Notes: generated by a model from the sequence alone, not told the origin. Positions 1 through 10,687 are shown, counted from the first letter of the stretch. The stretch: 20,000 nt of DNA from Priapulus caudatus (GCF_000485595.1 NW_014577075.1:351893-371892); one strand, 5' to 3'. Numbers and translations: made by a program.

Positions 1-63
1 TATAATTATATATATAATATATAGATATATAATATATTATATATATATTATATATATATATAA
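1..63. repeat. Degenerate (TA)n microsatellite
   Basis: Almost pure alternating T/A with a few interruptions; runs off the window start. Confidence 0.9.
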
Positions 64-502
64 AGGCGACGACACTATATACGTCTGCCACTTCTAGTGG
101 GTTCAGAGCGTTTTCGACTTCCAGACTGTAGCAGTGTTTATGTCGAAGTGCATAGACAGTATTGGCAGTCAAAGCAAGGCATATAAGGTAGCCAATGTTA
201 TTGAAAAGGAGGAGACGAGGGGGACGCGGCAGCAGGTATATCATTGGTACCAGTCAAGTTCTTGTATCACAAGCTCCAATTTATTCGCATTCTTGAAAGC
301 CGCTGCTATTTGTCGTAGGTGATGTTCGGTTGCGACGTCGTCCTGTCACTTACAAGTGTGTAGTCTTAAGTAACGCGGGTTCCGTGAGAATGAGCATGCA
401 CGGTCTTGGTATCGCGAACTTGAAGTCACGCGCGCTACTGCGGTGCCGCCGTTATCGATGTCTTACCGGGAGATGTTCGGCGGCACGTTGATGGACGCAA
501 TT

Positions 503-1230
503 GCTGGGGTTATGGGACGGCGCTGGTTTTGCGGGATGCTGGGTTATGGGGACCGTGGGTTGGCGGGATGCTGGGTTATGGGTATGCCGCTGGGTTGTGG
601 GATGCCTGGGTTAGTGGGGTCCGCTGGTTGTGGATGCTGGGGTTATTGGGTACCGGCTGGTTGTGGGATGCTGGGTATGGGTATCCCGCGGGCCGCTTGT
701 GGGATGCTGGGGTTATGGGGACAGCGTCTGGATGTGGACTGCATCGGCGGTTATGGGTATCCGCGGCTGGGGGGTTGTGGGATGCCCTGGGGTTTTTGTA
801 TGGGTACCGGCTAGGGTTGGGAGCTGGGGTTATGCGGTACCGCTCGGGCTTAGCGGGATGCGGGGTTATGGGTACGCTGGGCCTTGCTGGGATACTGGGT
901 GGTATAGTGTAGCCTGGGCTGCGGGTGTATGTGGGATGCGCTGGGGTTGATGGTACGCCAGGGCGTCGTGGTGCTGGGCGATGCTGGGGTTATGGGAGCG
1001 CCGCGGGACCGGCCGCGTGGGGGTGGGCCTTAGTGGGAGTGAGCTGGGGCTTAGTGGGTACCGCGTGGATGTGCGGGTATCGCGTGGGGATTCGGTTGTG
1101 GGACCGCGCGTGGTTGTTGCTGGGATCGCCTAGGGGGGATTATGAGGGAGCGCGGCTGGGTCTGGTGCGGGATGCTCTGCGAGCGCTCTCCGTGAGTGGA
1201 GTGCTGGGGCAGCCATCCGGGCGTACATTG
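503..1230. repeat. G-rich minisatellite, ~33-bp unit (approx. GGGATGCTGGGGTTATGGGTACCGCTGGGTTGT), roughly 20 noisy copies
   Basis: Recurrent motifs gggatgctggggttatggg and gggtaccg(c)tgg at ~33-37 bp spacing. Copies differ by scattered indels typical of uncorrected long-read sequence. Explains the Gly/Trp/Cys-rich ORFs at 443-950. Confidence 0.85.
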
Positions 1231-2084
1231 CGTTGGTCGAGTTGCCGGGAACGAGGTTGGACGTGCGCGGCGCCGATGTTAGGCGCACAGCGGCAGATGT
1301 CTTGGTTGTTGCTTGCCCGGCTCTCCGTGGCCGTTCATTCTCCTGACGCTCTCAGCATACATAGTTATCCGCGGTCAGCTGGCTGGGATACCACGGGCGT
1401 TTTGTGTGAGCGCGAATATGACGCCTAGGGGGACGAAAAAAGACCTCGCCCCGGTCATTGGATGCCTGGCTTACTCTTGCGGCAGAAATTGCGCCGACGA
1501 AGACCCATCCGCCCGCATGTGGTACCGCCGAGCAGCAGTTTTTTCGCCGTGCACGCGCCTCCCGGGCGCCCACTCTGCTCCTTAGATCCCCGCGATCGTG
1601 TTCCTGGTGTTTCACATGGCCGCGTGTCGTAGCACGTCGTGCGGCCTTAATGGCAGTCCAGCTTCCGCCCCAGGCTCCTCCCGTACACCCGCTTAGCGCA
1701 CAAAGACGGATCACGCCTCCGCTCGGCCCCCCGTCGCGGTCACTTAAGCCGCGAAAAACATACGCGCCTTAATTTGTGTAGGGACACGCCAGCCGGTCCG
1801 CGCGCGAGCGATGCCAAAGGCTTAACACGACTGTGCCGGCGCCGGTGTGTAGCCGGGATAAGATGGCGCATTCGGTCGCTCACGGGCGGTCCGTGCAGGG
1901 CGTCAACGATGCACAAACGGACGGGGGCCGTTTTGCTCGTCGTCGCGCCGTAGCAACCGGCGTGCGAAAAAATTGATCAACACAGCTGGGGAGCCAAGTG
2001 GGTGTGACGCCGGTGGGTTGGAATTGGAATCCCGCTGTGGCGCATCGCGCGAGGAAAGCTACGGAGTATGGCGGTGCGTAACGT

Positions 2085-2400
2085 GCCGAGAAGCGTGGGA
2101 TGCTCAGAGAACTACTCTGTTTGTCAGCCGCGCTACTAGCAGGTGAGAGCCGTAGACGATAGCTGCAGAAGAAACTAACTGGCTGTCATGCGCTACGCAG
2201 TGGCGAGAAGCGTGATGCTCAGAAAACTGTACTCTTGTCAGCGCTACGCCACTAGGCAGTGAGAGGCGTGGTATGCTCAGAGAAACTACTGCTTCAGCGC
2301 TACTGGCAGTGAGAGCGTGGATGCTCAGAGGTAGCTCCCCACCATGTCAGCGCTAACTGGCAGTGAGAGCGGTGACGTCAAAGAGAACACGATGCCAGCG
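2085..2400. repeat. 48-bp minisatellite, about 6 noisy copies
   Basis: Repeated tgtcagcgctactggcagtgagagcgtggatgctcagag(a/g)...actc. The same unit is seen cleanly at 3132-3238. Confidence 0.85.
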
Positions 2401-3106
2401 TAACCTGTTGGTGGAGGGCTTCGAATCCTGCCAACTTCGAAGCATCTAGTTCCTATCCAATCTAGAACATCCCATTTCGCGCGCTTGTCGCGTTGAATCT
2501 TTGCTGCACTTTTCTAGTTCTCCGCGCGGCCGGCGCTCTCAATTTGTGTAGCAAAAAGCACGGGATTTATTCACGTGCAGCATATCGTAAAATGAGACCT
2601 AGTATAATTATGGGCTGAGATTAAGAGCGCCGGAGGCACACCAAAACACCACACGCCAGGGGGGCCGTCGAGTGAGCTGAAGGACCGCCGACGAAACCTC
2701 ACTCTCGCTCGCCCGGGATGGCAGAAGTATATACACTAATTACAATACAAAATACTACGCGCCCGACGGGCAGGAACCGCATGAAGAATGCAGCGGGTCG
2801 GTGACCGCGCGGCCAGGGGCCCGAGGCGCGGCCGGGCACGTCACGCGTAGGCTTAGGGTACGATTCAGCGTAACAGGTAGTGCGTAAGCAGAGGTAGGTG
2901 CGTAACAGGGTAGGTAGCCGTACAGGGTAAGTGCATAAGTATACTCGGTTGAGTCGCGCGACTATATGGGTAATGAGTAGTCAGGGTAAAACACTACGGG
3001 GTAATGCTGTAGACAAGGGTAAAAAAATGACGGGTTAAGGTGCGTACAGGGTAAACAACAATAGCGAGGGTAATCGTAACAGGGTCAAGAACAATTCACG
3101 GGGAAT
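2294..3106 (+). other. Indel-rich direct duplicate of 3132-3827 (probable gap-fill overlap artefact)
   Basis: Colinear matches with many single-base insertions: gcttcgaatcctgccaact (~2418 vs ~3256), gggctgagattaagagcgcc (~2612 vs ~3417), gcgtaacagggta repeats (~2870-3090 vs 3603-3827). The two copies are separated by exactly 25 N. Confidence 0.85.
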
Positions 3107-3131
3107 NNNNNNNNNNNNNNNNNNNNNNNNN
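3107..3131. other. Assembly gap (25 N)
   Basis: 25 consecutive N. Confidence 1.
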
Positions 3132-3238
3132 TGTCAGCGCTACTGGCAGTGAGAGCGTGGATGCTCAGAGGTACTACTCTGTCAGCGCTACTGGCAGTGA
3201 GAGCGTGGACGCTCAGAGGAACCACGATGTCAGCGCTA
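3132..3238. repeat. 48-bp tandem repeat, 2.2 clean copies
   Basis: tgtcagcgcta starts at 3132, 3180 and 3228, an exact 48-bp period. Confidence 0.9.
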
Positions 3239-3602
3239 CCTGTTGGTGGCGAGGGGCTTCGAATCCTGCCAACTTTCGAACATCTAGCATTTCGCCTTGT
3301 CGCGTTGAACTTTGGCTGCACTTTCTAGTTCTCGCGCGGGCCGGCGCTCTCATTTGTGTAGCAAAATACACGGGATTATTCACGTGAGCATATCGTAAAT
3401 GATGACTAGTATATATGGGCTGAGATTAAGAGCGCCCAGGGCACACACACACACACGCAGCTCGATAACAAGACCCCGAAACGCATTCGCCGATGCAGAA
3501 GTGATATACACTAATACAAATACATAATATAGCCCGGGGAACGCATGCTAATGGCAGCGGTGGTGACGGCGGGCCAGGGGCCAGGGGCCGGGCCACGGTC
3601 AC

Positions 3603-3827
3603 GCGTAACAGGGTAGTGCGTAACAGGGTAGTGCGTAACAGGGTAGTGCGTAACAGGGTAGTGCATATCTTGGTAGTGCATATATGGGTAATGAGTAGCA
3701 GGGTAAAACACTACGGGGTAATGCGTAACAGGGTAAAACAATACGGGTTAATGCGTAACAGGGTAAAACAATACGGGGTAATGCGTAACAGGGTAAAACA
3801 ATACGGGGTAATGCGTAACAGGGTAAA
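3603..3827. repeat. 15-bp minisatellite (GCGTAACAGGGTAGT) converting into a 30-bp dimeric unit (GCGTAACAGGGTAAAACAATACGGGGTAAT)
   Basis: Four exact 15-mers at 3603-3662, then diverged 15-mers, then 30-bp units continuing into the gap at 3828. Confidence 0.93.
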
Positions 3828-4529
3828 NNNNNNNNNNNNNNNNNNNNNNNNNNNNNNNNNNNNNNNNNNNNNNNNNNNNNNNNNNNNNNNNNNNNNNNNN
3901 NNNNNNNNNNNNNNNNNNNNNNNNNNNNNNNNNNNNNNNNNNNNNNNNNNNNNNNNNNNNNNNNNNNNNNNNNNNNNNNNNNNNNNNNNNNNNNNNNNNN
4001 NNNNNNNNNNNNNNNNNNNNNNNNNNNNNNNNNNNNNNNNNNNNNNNNNNNNNNNNNNNNNNNNNNNNNNNNNNNNNNNNNNNNNNNNNNNNNNNNNNNN
4101 NNNNNNNNNNNNNNNNNNNNNNNNNNNNNNNNNNNNNNNNNNNNNNNNNNNNNNNNNNNNNNNNNNNNNNNNNNNNNNNNNNNNNNNNNNNNNNNNNNNN
4201 NNNNNNNNNNNNNNNNNNNNNNNNNNNNNNNNNNNNNNNNNNNNNNNNNNNNNNNNNNNNNNNNNNNNNNNNNNNNNNNNNNNNNNNNNNNNNNNNNNNN
4301 NNNNNNNNNNNNNNNNNNNNNNNNNNNNNNNNNNNNNNNNNNNNNNNNNNNNNNNNNNNNNNNNNNNNNNNNNNNNNNNNNNNNNNNNNNNNNNNNNNNN
4401 NNNNNNNNNNNNNNNNNNNNNNNNNNNNNNNNNNNNNNNNNNNNNNNNNNNNNNNNNNNNNNNNNNNNNNNNNNNNNNNNNNNNNNNNNNNNNNNNNNNN
4501 NNNNNNNNNNNNNNNNNNNNNNNNNNNNN
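3828..4529. other. Assembly gap (702 N)
   Basis: N run flanked by tandem repeats on both sides. Confidence 1.
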
Positions 4530-5145
4530 GTGAGGTGAAATGTGGTGAGGGTGGGATGAGGTGAGGTGAGGTGCGGTGGGGTGAGGGTGGGGTGGGGTGA
4601 TGTGAGGTGAAATGTGGTGAGGGTGGGATGAGGTGAGGTGAGGTGCGGTGGGGTGAGGGTGGGTGGGTGATGTGAGGTGAGGGTGGGATGAGGTTAGGTG
4701 AGGTGCGGTGGGGTGAGGGTGGGGTGGGGTGATGTGAGGTGAAATGTGGTGAGGGTGGGATGAGGTGAGGTGAAGTACGGTGGGGTGGAGATGGAATGAG
4801 GGTAGGTGAGGTGCGGTGCGGTGTGGTAAGGGTGCATGGGGTGAGGTGAGGTTAGTCTAGATAAGGTGAGACGTGGTAGGGGTGGGTGGGGTGCAGGTGG
4901 GATGATGTCAGGTGTGGTAAGAGTGGGGTGAGGTGAGGGAGGTGGAGTAGGATGAGGTAGGTATATAATGAAATGCGGTGATGTGGACTCTGAAGGAGTA
5001 GGTTAGAGCGTATCGAGGCTGCTAGAGCTGGCGTGGTGTGGGGGTAGGCATGGGGTAATGGTAACCCGACGTGGTGTGGCGTGATGGTGCGGTAGAATGG
5101 TGTGGCGTGGTTGGGGGTGAGGTTGAGTGTGGTGATGGGTGTGGG
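4530..5145. repeat. G-rich pentamer-based repeat (GTGAG/GTGGG) with ~60-72-bp higher-order units, degenerating toward the 3' end
   Basis: gtgaggtgaaatgtggtgagggtgggatgag recurs at 4530, 4602 and ~4734. The + strand is almost devoid of C. Confidence 0.9.
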
Positions 5146-5312
5146 AACGTAGTTTTAATGCCGGTGCCGGCGACGTCGTATGTTGCCTCGACCCAGCAGG
5201 TGTCCTCGCGCACAACGTGCTCAGGTGGATGGGCGCGGCAGGTGCAGCCTACACCGTCGGCGACTACGTGCGTGTACACGGTGAGACGCGACACGTACGT
5301 CGAAGCCTGGAG

Positions 5313-5927
5313 CCCGTTGTCAGAAACATCGTAAAGTTAAATGTTAATGCTTAAGATAGCACTTACGACTAATGTACTAATGTTACCGAGAATCGCGTTG
5401 ACAGAAACGCATCGCAGCTATGAGAAAACTTGATTTGCTGTCACAATGCGGCTGATTTGATGAGAATCAATCGCAAAACTTAACTTCATACATATTTATT
5501 GTACATCACAGCAATTTATGTACATTATGATGGTTAACCACATATAAATAATATCTGGTGAAAAAACGACAGGTTCATGAATTTATTCTGCACAGCGCGC
5601 GAAGGACGCGAGCGACATGACTCATCAAAATATCCCAGACAAGAGAGCAAACGCCACTTGTATACGTTTGTCAAAATTGTTATGGTAAACGATCGGCAGA
5701 TAAGTAGTTTTTCTAACGTGTATTCTAGGAAAAACACAAGTTTTACTAATGAATATAAAATATAATATCACTATAATTGCAATATTTTGAGCAATTGTGT
5801 TATTTTCATTTTGGTTTTAAAGTTACGAGAAAGTCTAGGATCTCGTAATGTTAAGCGAGAATTTGCTGGGATTTTTCATTCTCGTAACTTACGATGTACG
5901 ATGTATTTACGATGTTTTCGTCAACGG
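5313..5927. mobile_element. MITE-like non-autonomous DNA transposon (~615 bp, AT-rich, imperfect 22-bp TIRs)
   Basis: Left 5314-5335 ccgttgtcagaaacatcgtaaa matches the reverse complement of 5906-5927 (ccgttgacgaaaacatcgtaaa) at 19/22. TGGAG flanks both sides (5308-5312, 5928-5932). The interior is AT-rich with no credible ORF. Confidence 0.6.
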
Positions 5928-6199
5928 TGGAGGAATCGAAGTTTATGTTAAGACTGATTTTGTTTCTGACAACGTGTCCCTGATATGCGCTATGTCGGTG
6001 TGCGGGTTCTTCTGGCGCGCTGTTTCCGCGTGTGTTGAATAATTGAAAAAATAAGCTTGTCGTCAGGCGGTGTTGCGTGCATGTAGCGATTCCACGTGAT
6101 GAATCCAACATACCCACACACTGTGAGCTAGCATCTTATTGGGTAAACGTTGATGGGTGCGTTGGGCGGAGCGATGCTGTCTATGTATGGCAGTGTACA

Positions 6200-6845
6200 G
6201 GTATGACAGTATGCAGTTATATAGCCCTGTGTGTAGGTATGACAGTATGCAGGTATAGCACTGTGTGTAGGTAGGACAGTATGCAGGTATAGCACTGTGT
6301 GTAGGTATGCAGGTATAGCACTGTGTGTAGGTAGGACAGTATGCCGGTATAGCCCTGTGTGTAGGTATGCAGGTATAGCACTGTGTGTAGGTATGCAGGT
6401 ATAGCACTGTGTGTAGGTAGGACAGTATGCCGGTATAGCCCTGTGTGTAGGTATGACAGTATGCAGGTATAGCACTGTGTGTAGGTATGACAGTATGCAG
6501 GTATAGCACTGTGTGTAGGTAGGACAGTATGCAGTTATAGCACTGTGTGTAGGTATGACAGTATGCAGGTATAGCACTGTGTGTAGGTAGGACAGTATGC
6601 AGGTATAGCACTGTGTGTAGGTATGACAGTATGCAGGTATAGCACTGTGTGTAGGTATGACAGCAGGTATAGCACTGTGTGTAGGTATGCAGGTATAGCA
6701 CTGTGTGTAGGTAGGACAGTATGCCGGTATAGCACTGTGTGTAGGTATGCAGGTATAGCACTGTGTGTAGGTATGCAGGTATAGCACTGTGTGTAGGTAG
6801 GACAGTATGCCGGTATAGCCCTGTGTATAGGTAGGACAGTGTATA
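6200..6845. repeat. Compound minisatellite of 34-bp (GACAGTATGCAGGTATAGCACTGTGTGTAGGTAT/G) and 26-bp units, ~20 copies
   Basis: Parsed unit by unit. The 26-bp unit lacks the 8-bp GACAGTAT, and variant units carry gccggt/agccct. Explains the HTVL/YTQCY ORFs. Confidence 0.95.
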
Positions 6846-7075
6846 GGTGTGCTCTACGCCTGTCGATGGAGGGTGACAGCATTTTGTTTGCCGAGACAAC
6901 AAACGCAGCCGCCCATGTTCGCAGGGAAAAAGTCCGCGTTCGTAGACTGGCGAGCGAATTCCTTCAATATTATTCATCGCTGCCCGTAATGGCGAGAGCA
7001 CATGATAGAAGCTGTTCTGGCAGCGTCTTGAAACGTTTGAGATGCCGCGGTACCTTAGTGTTGGCTGGTGGATTC

Positions 7076-7258
7076 ATGCGCACGCGCACGTGCGTGCTCG
7101 CGTACGTGCATGCAAACGCACGTTCACGCGTGTCTGCATGCGTGCGTGCGTGCATGCGCACGTGCAAACGCACGTTCACGCGTGTCTGGATGGGTGCGTG
7201 CGTGCGTGTGTGCGTGCGCGCGTGCGCACGTGCAAACGCACGTTCACGCGTGTCTGCA

Positions 7259-7299
<41 letters not shown>

Positions 7300-7520
7300 G
7301 TGTCTCTGCATGCGTGCATTCGTGCGAACGTGCGTGATCAGTGAGTGGGTGAATGAGTGAGTGAGTGAGCGCGCGTTAATTGCTTGCTGGTTTGCCTCTC
7401 TGCACGTCTGTACGCACCTATGTGTTCCTACCTGCTTGCGCGCGCGTGCGTGCGTGCGTTCGTGCGTGCGTGCGTGCGTTCGTGCGTGTGTACTCAACAT
7501 GCAGCGCACGCGCGCGCGGC
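7076..7520. repeat. (CGTG)n-type microsatellite region with three copies of TGCAAACGCACGTTCACGCGTGTCTG
   Basis: tgcg/cgtg tetramer runs; the 26-mer occurs at 7111, 7163 and 7231. Confidence 0.9.
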
Positions 7521-7873
7521 TGCGTGTAGCACAGGTGTGTTTACGCAACAGCCAGTGTCTCCATCCATCATCGTACCCTATACCGGCCAGCATGGTGACG
7601 CTCTCTCTCGCGAACCGCCGTGCTCGAGCTCCCTCCCGCTCTACATTTCTTTTTTAGGAAGAAGGGGGGGTGGCGATTTTAATCTGCGCTGGGGCGGTCG
7701 TTCGTGACGTGAGCGCGCGCGCGCGCATCCGCATGCACTCGTCGCAGCCTGGCGGCGGCGTTGTCTCTTTATTGTCTCGCAGAAACGAGAGGAAACCGCG
7801 TCGAGAATGGCTTTCTCTGCATGCGCGAACGAGCATACTAGAACCTCTGTGCTCGCTCCGTGTTGTTGGTCTC

Positions 7874-7874
<1 letters not shown>

Positions 7875-7908
<34 letters not shown>

Positions 7909-7933
7909 ATGCTGATGATGATACTGCTGATAC

Positions 7934-7998
<65 letters not shown>
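7875..7998. repeat. (CTG)n/(CAG)n trinucleotide repeat, ~41 triplets with an interrupted middle
   Basis: Pure ctg runs flank ATG/ATA/TTG interruptions at ~7909-7945. Confidence 0.95.
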
Positions 7999-7999
<1 letters not shown>

Positions 8000-8183
8000 G
8001 GGGGAGGGCGCCGTGTGCAGGGGGAGAGCTACGCTAAGTCTCTGTGCGGGCAGACCGGGGGCTGCGTGTGTGTCTTTAGGGGGCGTCGACAAACAGGCAT
8101 GTGAAAACAGCCGGTACCGCGGGCGCGACAATGCGTGCTGCGAGTGAGAGAGAGACCTATCCCCACCGGTGTGCGGAATATGT

Positions 8184-9090
8184 ACACACACACACATACA
8201 CACACACACACANNNNNNNNNNNNNNNNNNNNNNNNNNNNNNNNNNNNNNNNNNNNNNNNNNNNNNNNNNNNNNNNNNNNNNNNNNNNNNNNNNNNNNNN
8301 NNNNNNNNNNNNNNNNNNNNNNNNNNNNNNNNNNNNNNNNNNNNNNNNNNNNNNNNNNNNNNNNNNNNNNNNNNNNNNNNNNNNNNNNNNNNNNNNNNNN
8401 NNNNNNNNNNNNNNNNNNNNNNNNNNNNNNNNNNNNNNNNNNNNNNNNNNNNNNNNNNNNNNNNNNNNNNNNNNNNNNNNNNNNNNNNNNNNNNNNNNNN
8501 NNNNNNNNNNNNNNNNNNNNNNNNNNNNNNNNNNNNNNNNNNNNNNNNNNNNNNNNNNNNNNNNNNNNNNNNNNNNNNNNNNNNNNNNNNNNNNNNNNNN
8601 NNNNNNNNNNNNNNNNNNNNNNNNNNNNNNNNNNNNNNNNNNNNNNNNNNNNNNNNNNNNNNNNNNNNNNNNNNNNNNNNNNNNNNNNNNNNNNNNNNNN
8701 NNNNNNNNNNNNNNNNNNNNNNNNNNNNNNNNNNNNNNNNNNNNNNNNNNNNNNNNNNNNNNNNNNNNNNNNNNNNNNNNNNNNNNNNNNNNNNNNNNNN
8801 NNNNNNNNNNNNNNNNNNNNNNNNNNNNNNNNNNNNNNNNNNNNNNNNNNNNNNNNNNNNNNNNNNNNNNNNNNNNNNNNNNNNNNNNNNNNNNNNNNNN
8901 NNNNNNNNNNNNNNNNNNNNNNNNNNNNNNNNNNNNNNNNNNNNNNNNNNNNNNNNNNNNNNNNNNNNNNNNNNNNNNNNNNNNNNNNNNNNNNNNNNNN
9001 NNNNNNNNNNNNNNNNNNNNNNNNNNNNNNNNNNNNNNNNNNNNNNNNNNNNNNNNNNNNNNNNNNNNNNNNNNNNNNNNNNNNNNNNNN

Positions 9091-9123
<33 letters not shown>
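8184..9123. repeat. (CA)n microsatellite ends flanking an 878-N gap (8213-9090)
   Basis: CA repeats at 8184-8212 and 9091-9123, on both sides of the N run. Confidence 0.9.
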
Positions 9124-9125
<2 letters not shown>

Positions 9126-9421
9126 CATTTCGTACACACACACGACGATGCTTCCTGCATGGAGAGAGAACGTGGGGAACGCGGGGAACGTGTGGAACAC
9201 GCGGGAAAGGTTTGCGCGCGCGATTACGTGTAACATTTGCCGCGTTCATCGCCTTTGTGCGCAGCGGTTTTCACCTGAGGTGTGCGCGATATTATGTAGG
9301 GCAATGTCATAGAAATATTAAGCATTGTCAGAGTAAAATATGTGCGAGGTTGCCTTGGGAAAAGAGACGCCCGGGCACTACTCCAGTGCACGTATAGTTG
9401 CGCGCGCATTCATACATCCAT

Positions 9422-9422
9422 A

Positions 9423-9454
<32 letters not shown>

Positions 9455-9541
9455 TGCACGCACGGACCGACGTATTTGCTCGCGCGCAAGCACACGTATG
9501 CGCACCATGAACGCATTTATTCGTATGCAAAAACTCATATA

Positions 9542-9585
<44 letters not shown>

Positions 9586-9590
9586 CACAC
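9422..9590. repeat. Two (GCAC)n microsatellites
   Basis: acgc tetramer runs at ~9422-9463 and ~9541-9590. Confidence 0.92.
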
Positions 9591-10592
9591 GGATATACTC
9601 CCAGCGCGCACGCTTAAAATGCAACGCTTTTCGCACTTACTAGTATTGATTGGCATTGAATAGAAAACTCACTTGACAAACTACCTCATTTGCGTACTAA
9701 CCGTATAGCGTCGATGAATAGGATACCGTGTGTCTGCAAGCATTTCATTTCGCCTCATTATTTCTGGCGGGCTGAGGTAAAAAAAAAAAGCTTCGCAATT
9801 TCCATCACAAACGCGGCGAAACAATGTGCATCGCCGCCGGTTTGCGTTTCGCGAACACACGATATTTCACGCATCACTAGATAGCGATAACGCGGCCGTC
9901 CTTGCGGGCGAGTTTAATGCACCGCTTTTCAATCATTCACTTTCTCACCGGCGTTAATAACAAACTCGCTTGCATCTCATAAAAAAACACAAGATCGCGC
10001 CACACACGTGTTTCGCGGCGACAATGCCTCGCCGAGCAAGAGCTCCCGCAAACAAGCAAACACGGAGCGGAGGCTGCCACCCCCTGTACGAGCCCGGCTA
10101 GCGCTGAAGTGGCCGACTGGGCGGTTAGTAGGCCTACAAGCTGACTCCGTGTTGCACAGGTGGTAGAATTAATATAAAGAAATCTTTACGGCTCTCACAG
10201 CGCAGTTCTGCAGCAGCGCGCACAATAGAGCGAACCAGGACACGGATGCAAGATCCGAATACAAATGAGTTTTGTCGAGCACTTGCTAGAATTTGCACCA
10301 GCACCCTCTCAGTGGGTCTCGCCGCCTCTCTCGTGCGTGTACGCCAGAGTATACTTGCAGGTATCTTAGGCATGGTGTGGCCCCAAGGTACAGTCGTCGT
10401 AGCAACGAAGATGCGCGCACAGGCACGTGAACGGGGCGCGAGTTTCCTGAGAGAAAGCAATTAAGCAGATTTTCGTTAGGTGTAATGGGATGGCAATTAA
10501 TTGCCTAATCGAGAGGCGAGAACGAACGAACGAAGATGTGGGCGCTTGGTTGTGTGAGCGAGCGAGAGATAAATAGATAGATGGATAGATGG

Positions 10593-10594
<2 letters not shown>

Positions 10595-10687
<93 letters not shown>
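10595..10687. repeat. Perfect (AG)n microsatellite, ~46 units
   Basis: Uninterrupted ag dinucleotide run. Confidence 0.97.

Noticed and set aside
443..1428. Gly/Cys/Trp-rich structural protein ORFs
   Set aside because: They derive from the noisy G-rich minisatellite, with all three plus frames partly open and frequent indels.
3243..3275. tRNA or tRNA-derived SINE (gcttcgaatcctgcc resembles a B box/T-arm)
   Set aside because: There is no A box, D arm, anticodon arm or acceptor stem, and the motif deviates from GGTTCGA.
6241..6834. CRISPR-like array of ~26-34-bp repeats
   Set aside because: The units are directly adjacent with no unique spacers, there are no cas genes, and the context is eukaryotic.
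6063..7001. 312-aa and 219-aa His/Thr/Tyr/Cys repeat ORFs
   Set aside because: The 34-bp and 26-bp units are not multiples of 3, so the frames rotate and overlap. All three minus frames are open simply because the unit lacks stops.
7807..8147. Poly-Leu/Ala/Cys/Gln protein from (CTG)n
   Set aside because: The flanking frames are short and unrecognisable, so it is treated as a microsatellite.
9169..9208. Clustered Su(H)/CSL-like sites (cgtggggaa, cgcggggaa, cgtgtggaa)
   Set aside because: None matches YGTGRGAA exactly. A short 9-bp tandem repeat explains them better.
7838..9397. 350-440-aa ORFs (also 3616-4533)
   Set aside because: They are open only because they run through N gaps.
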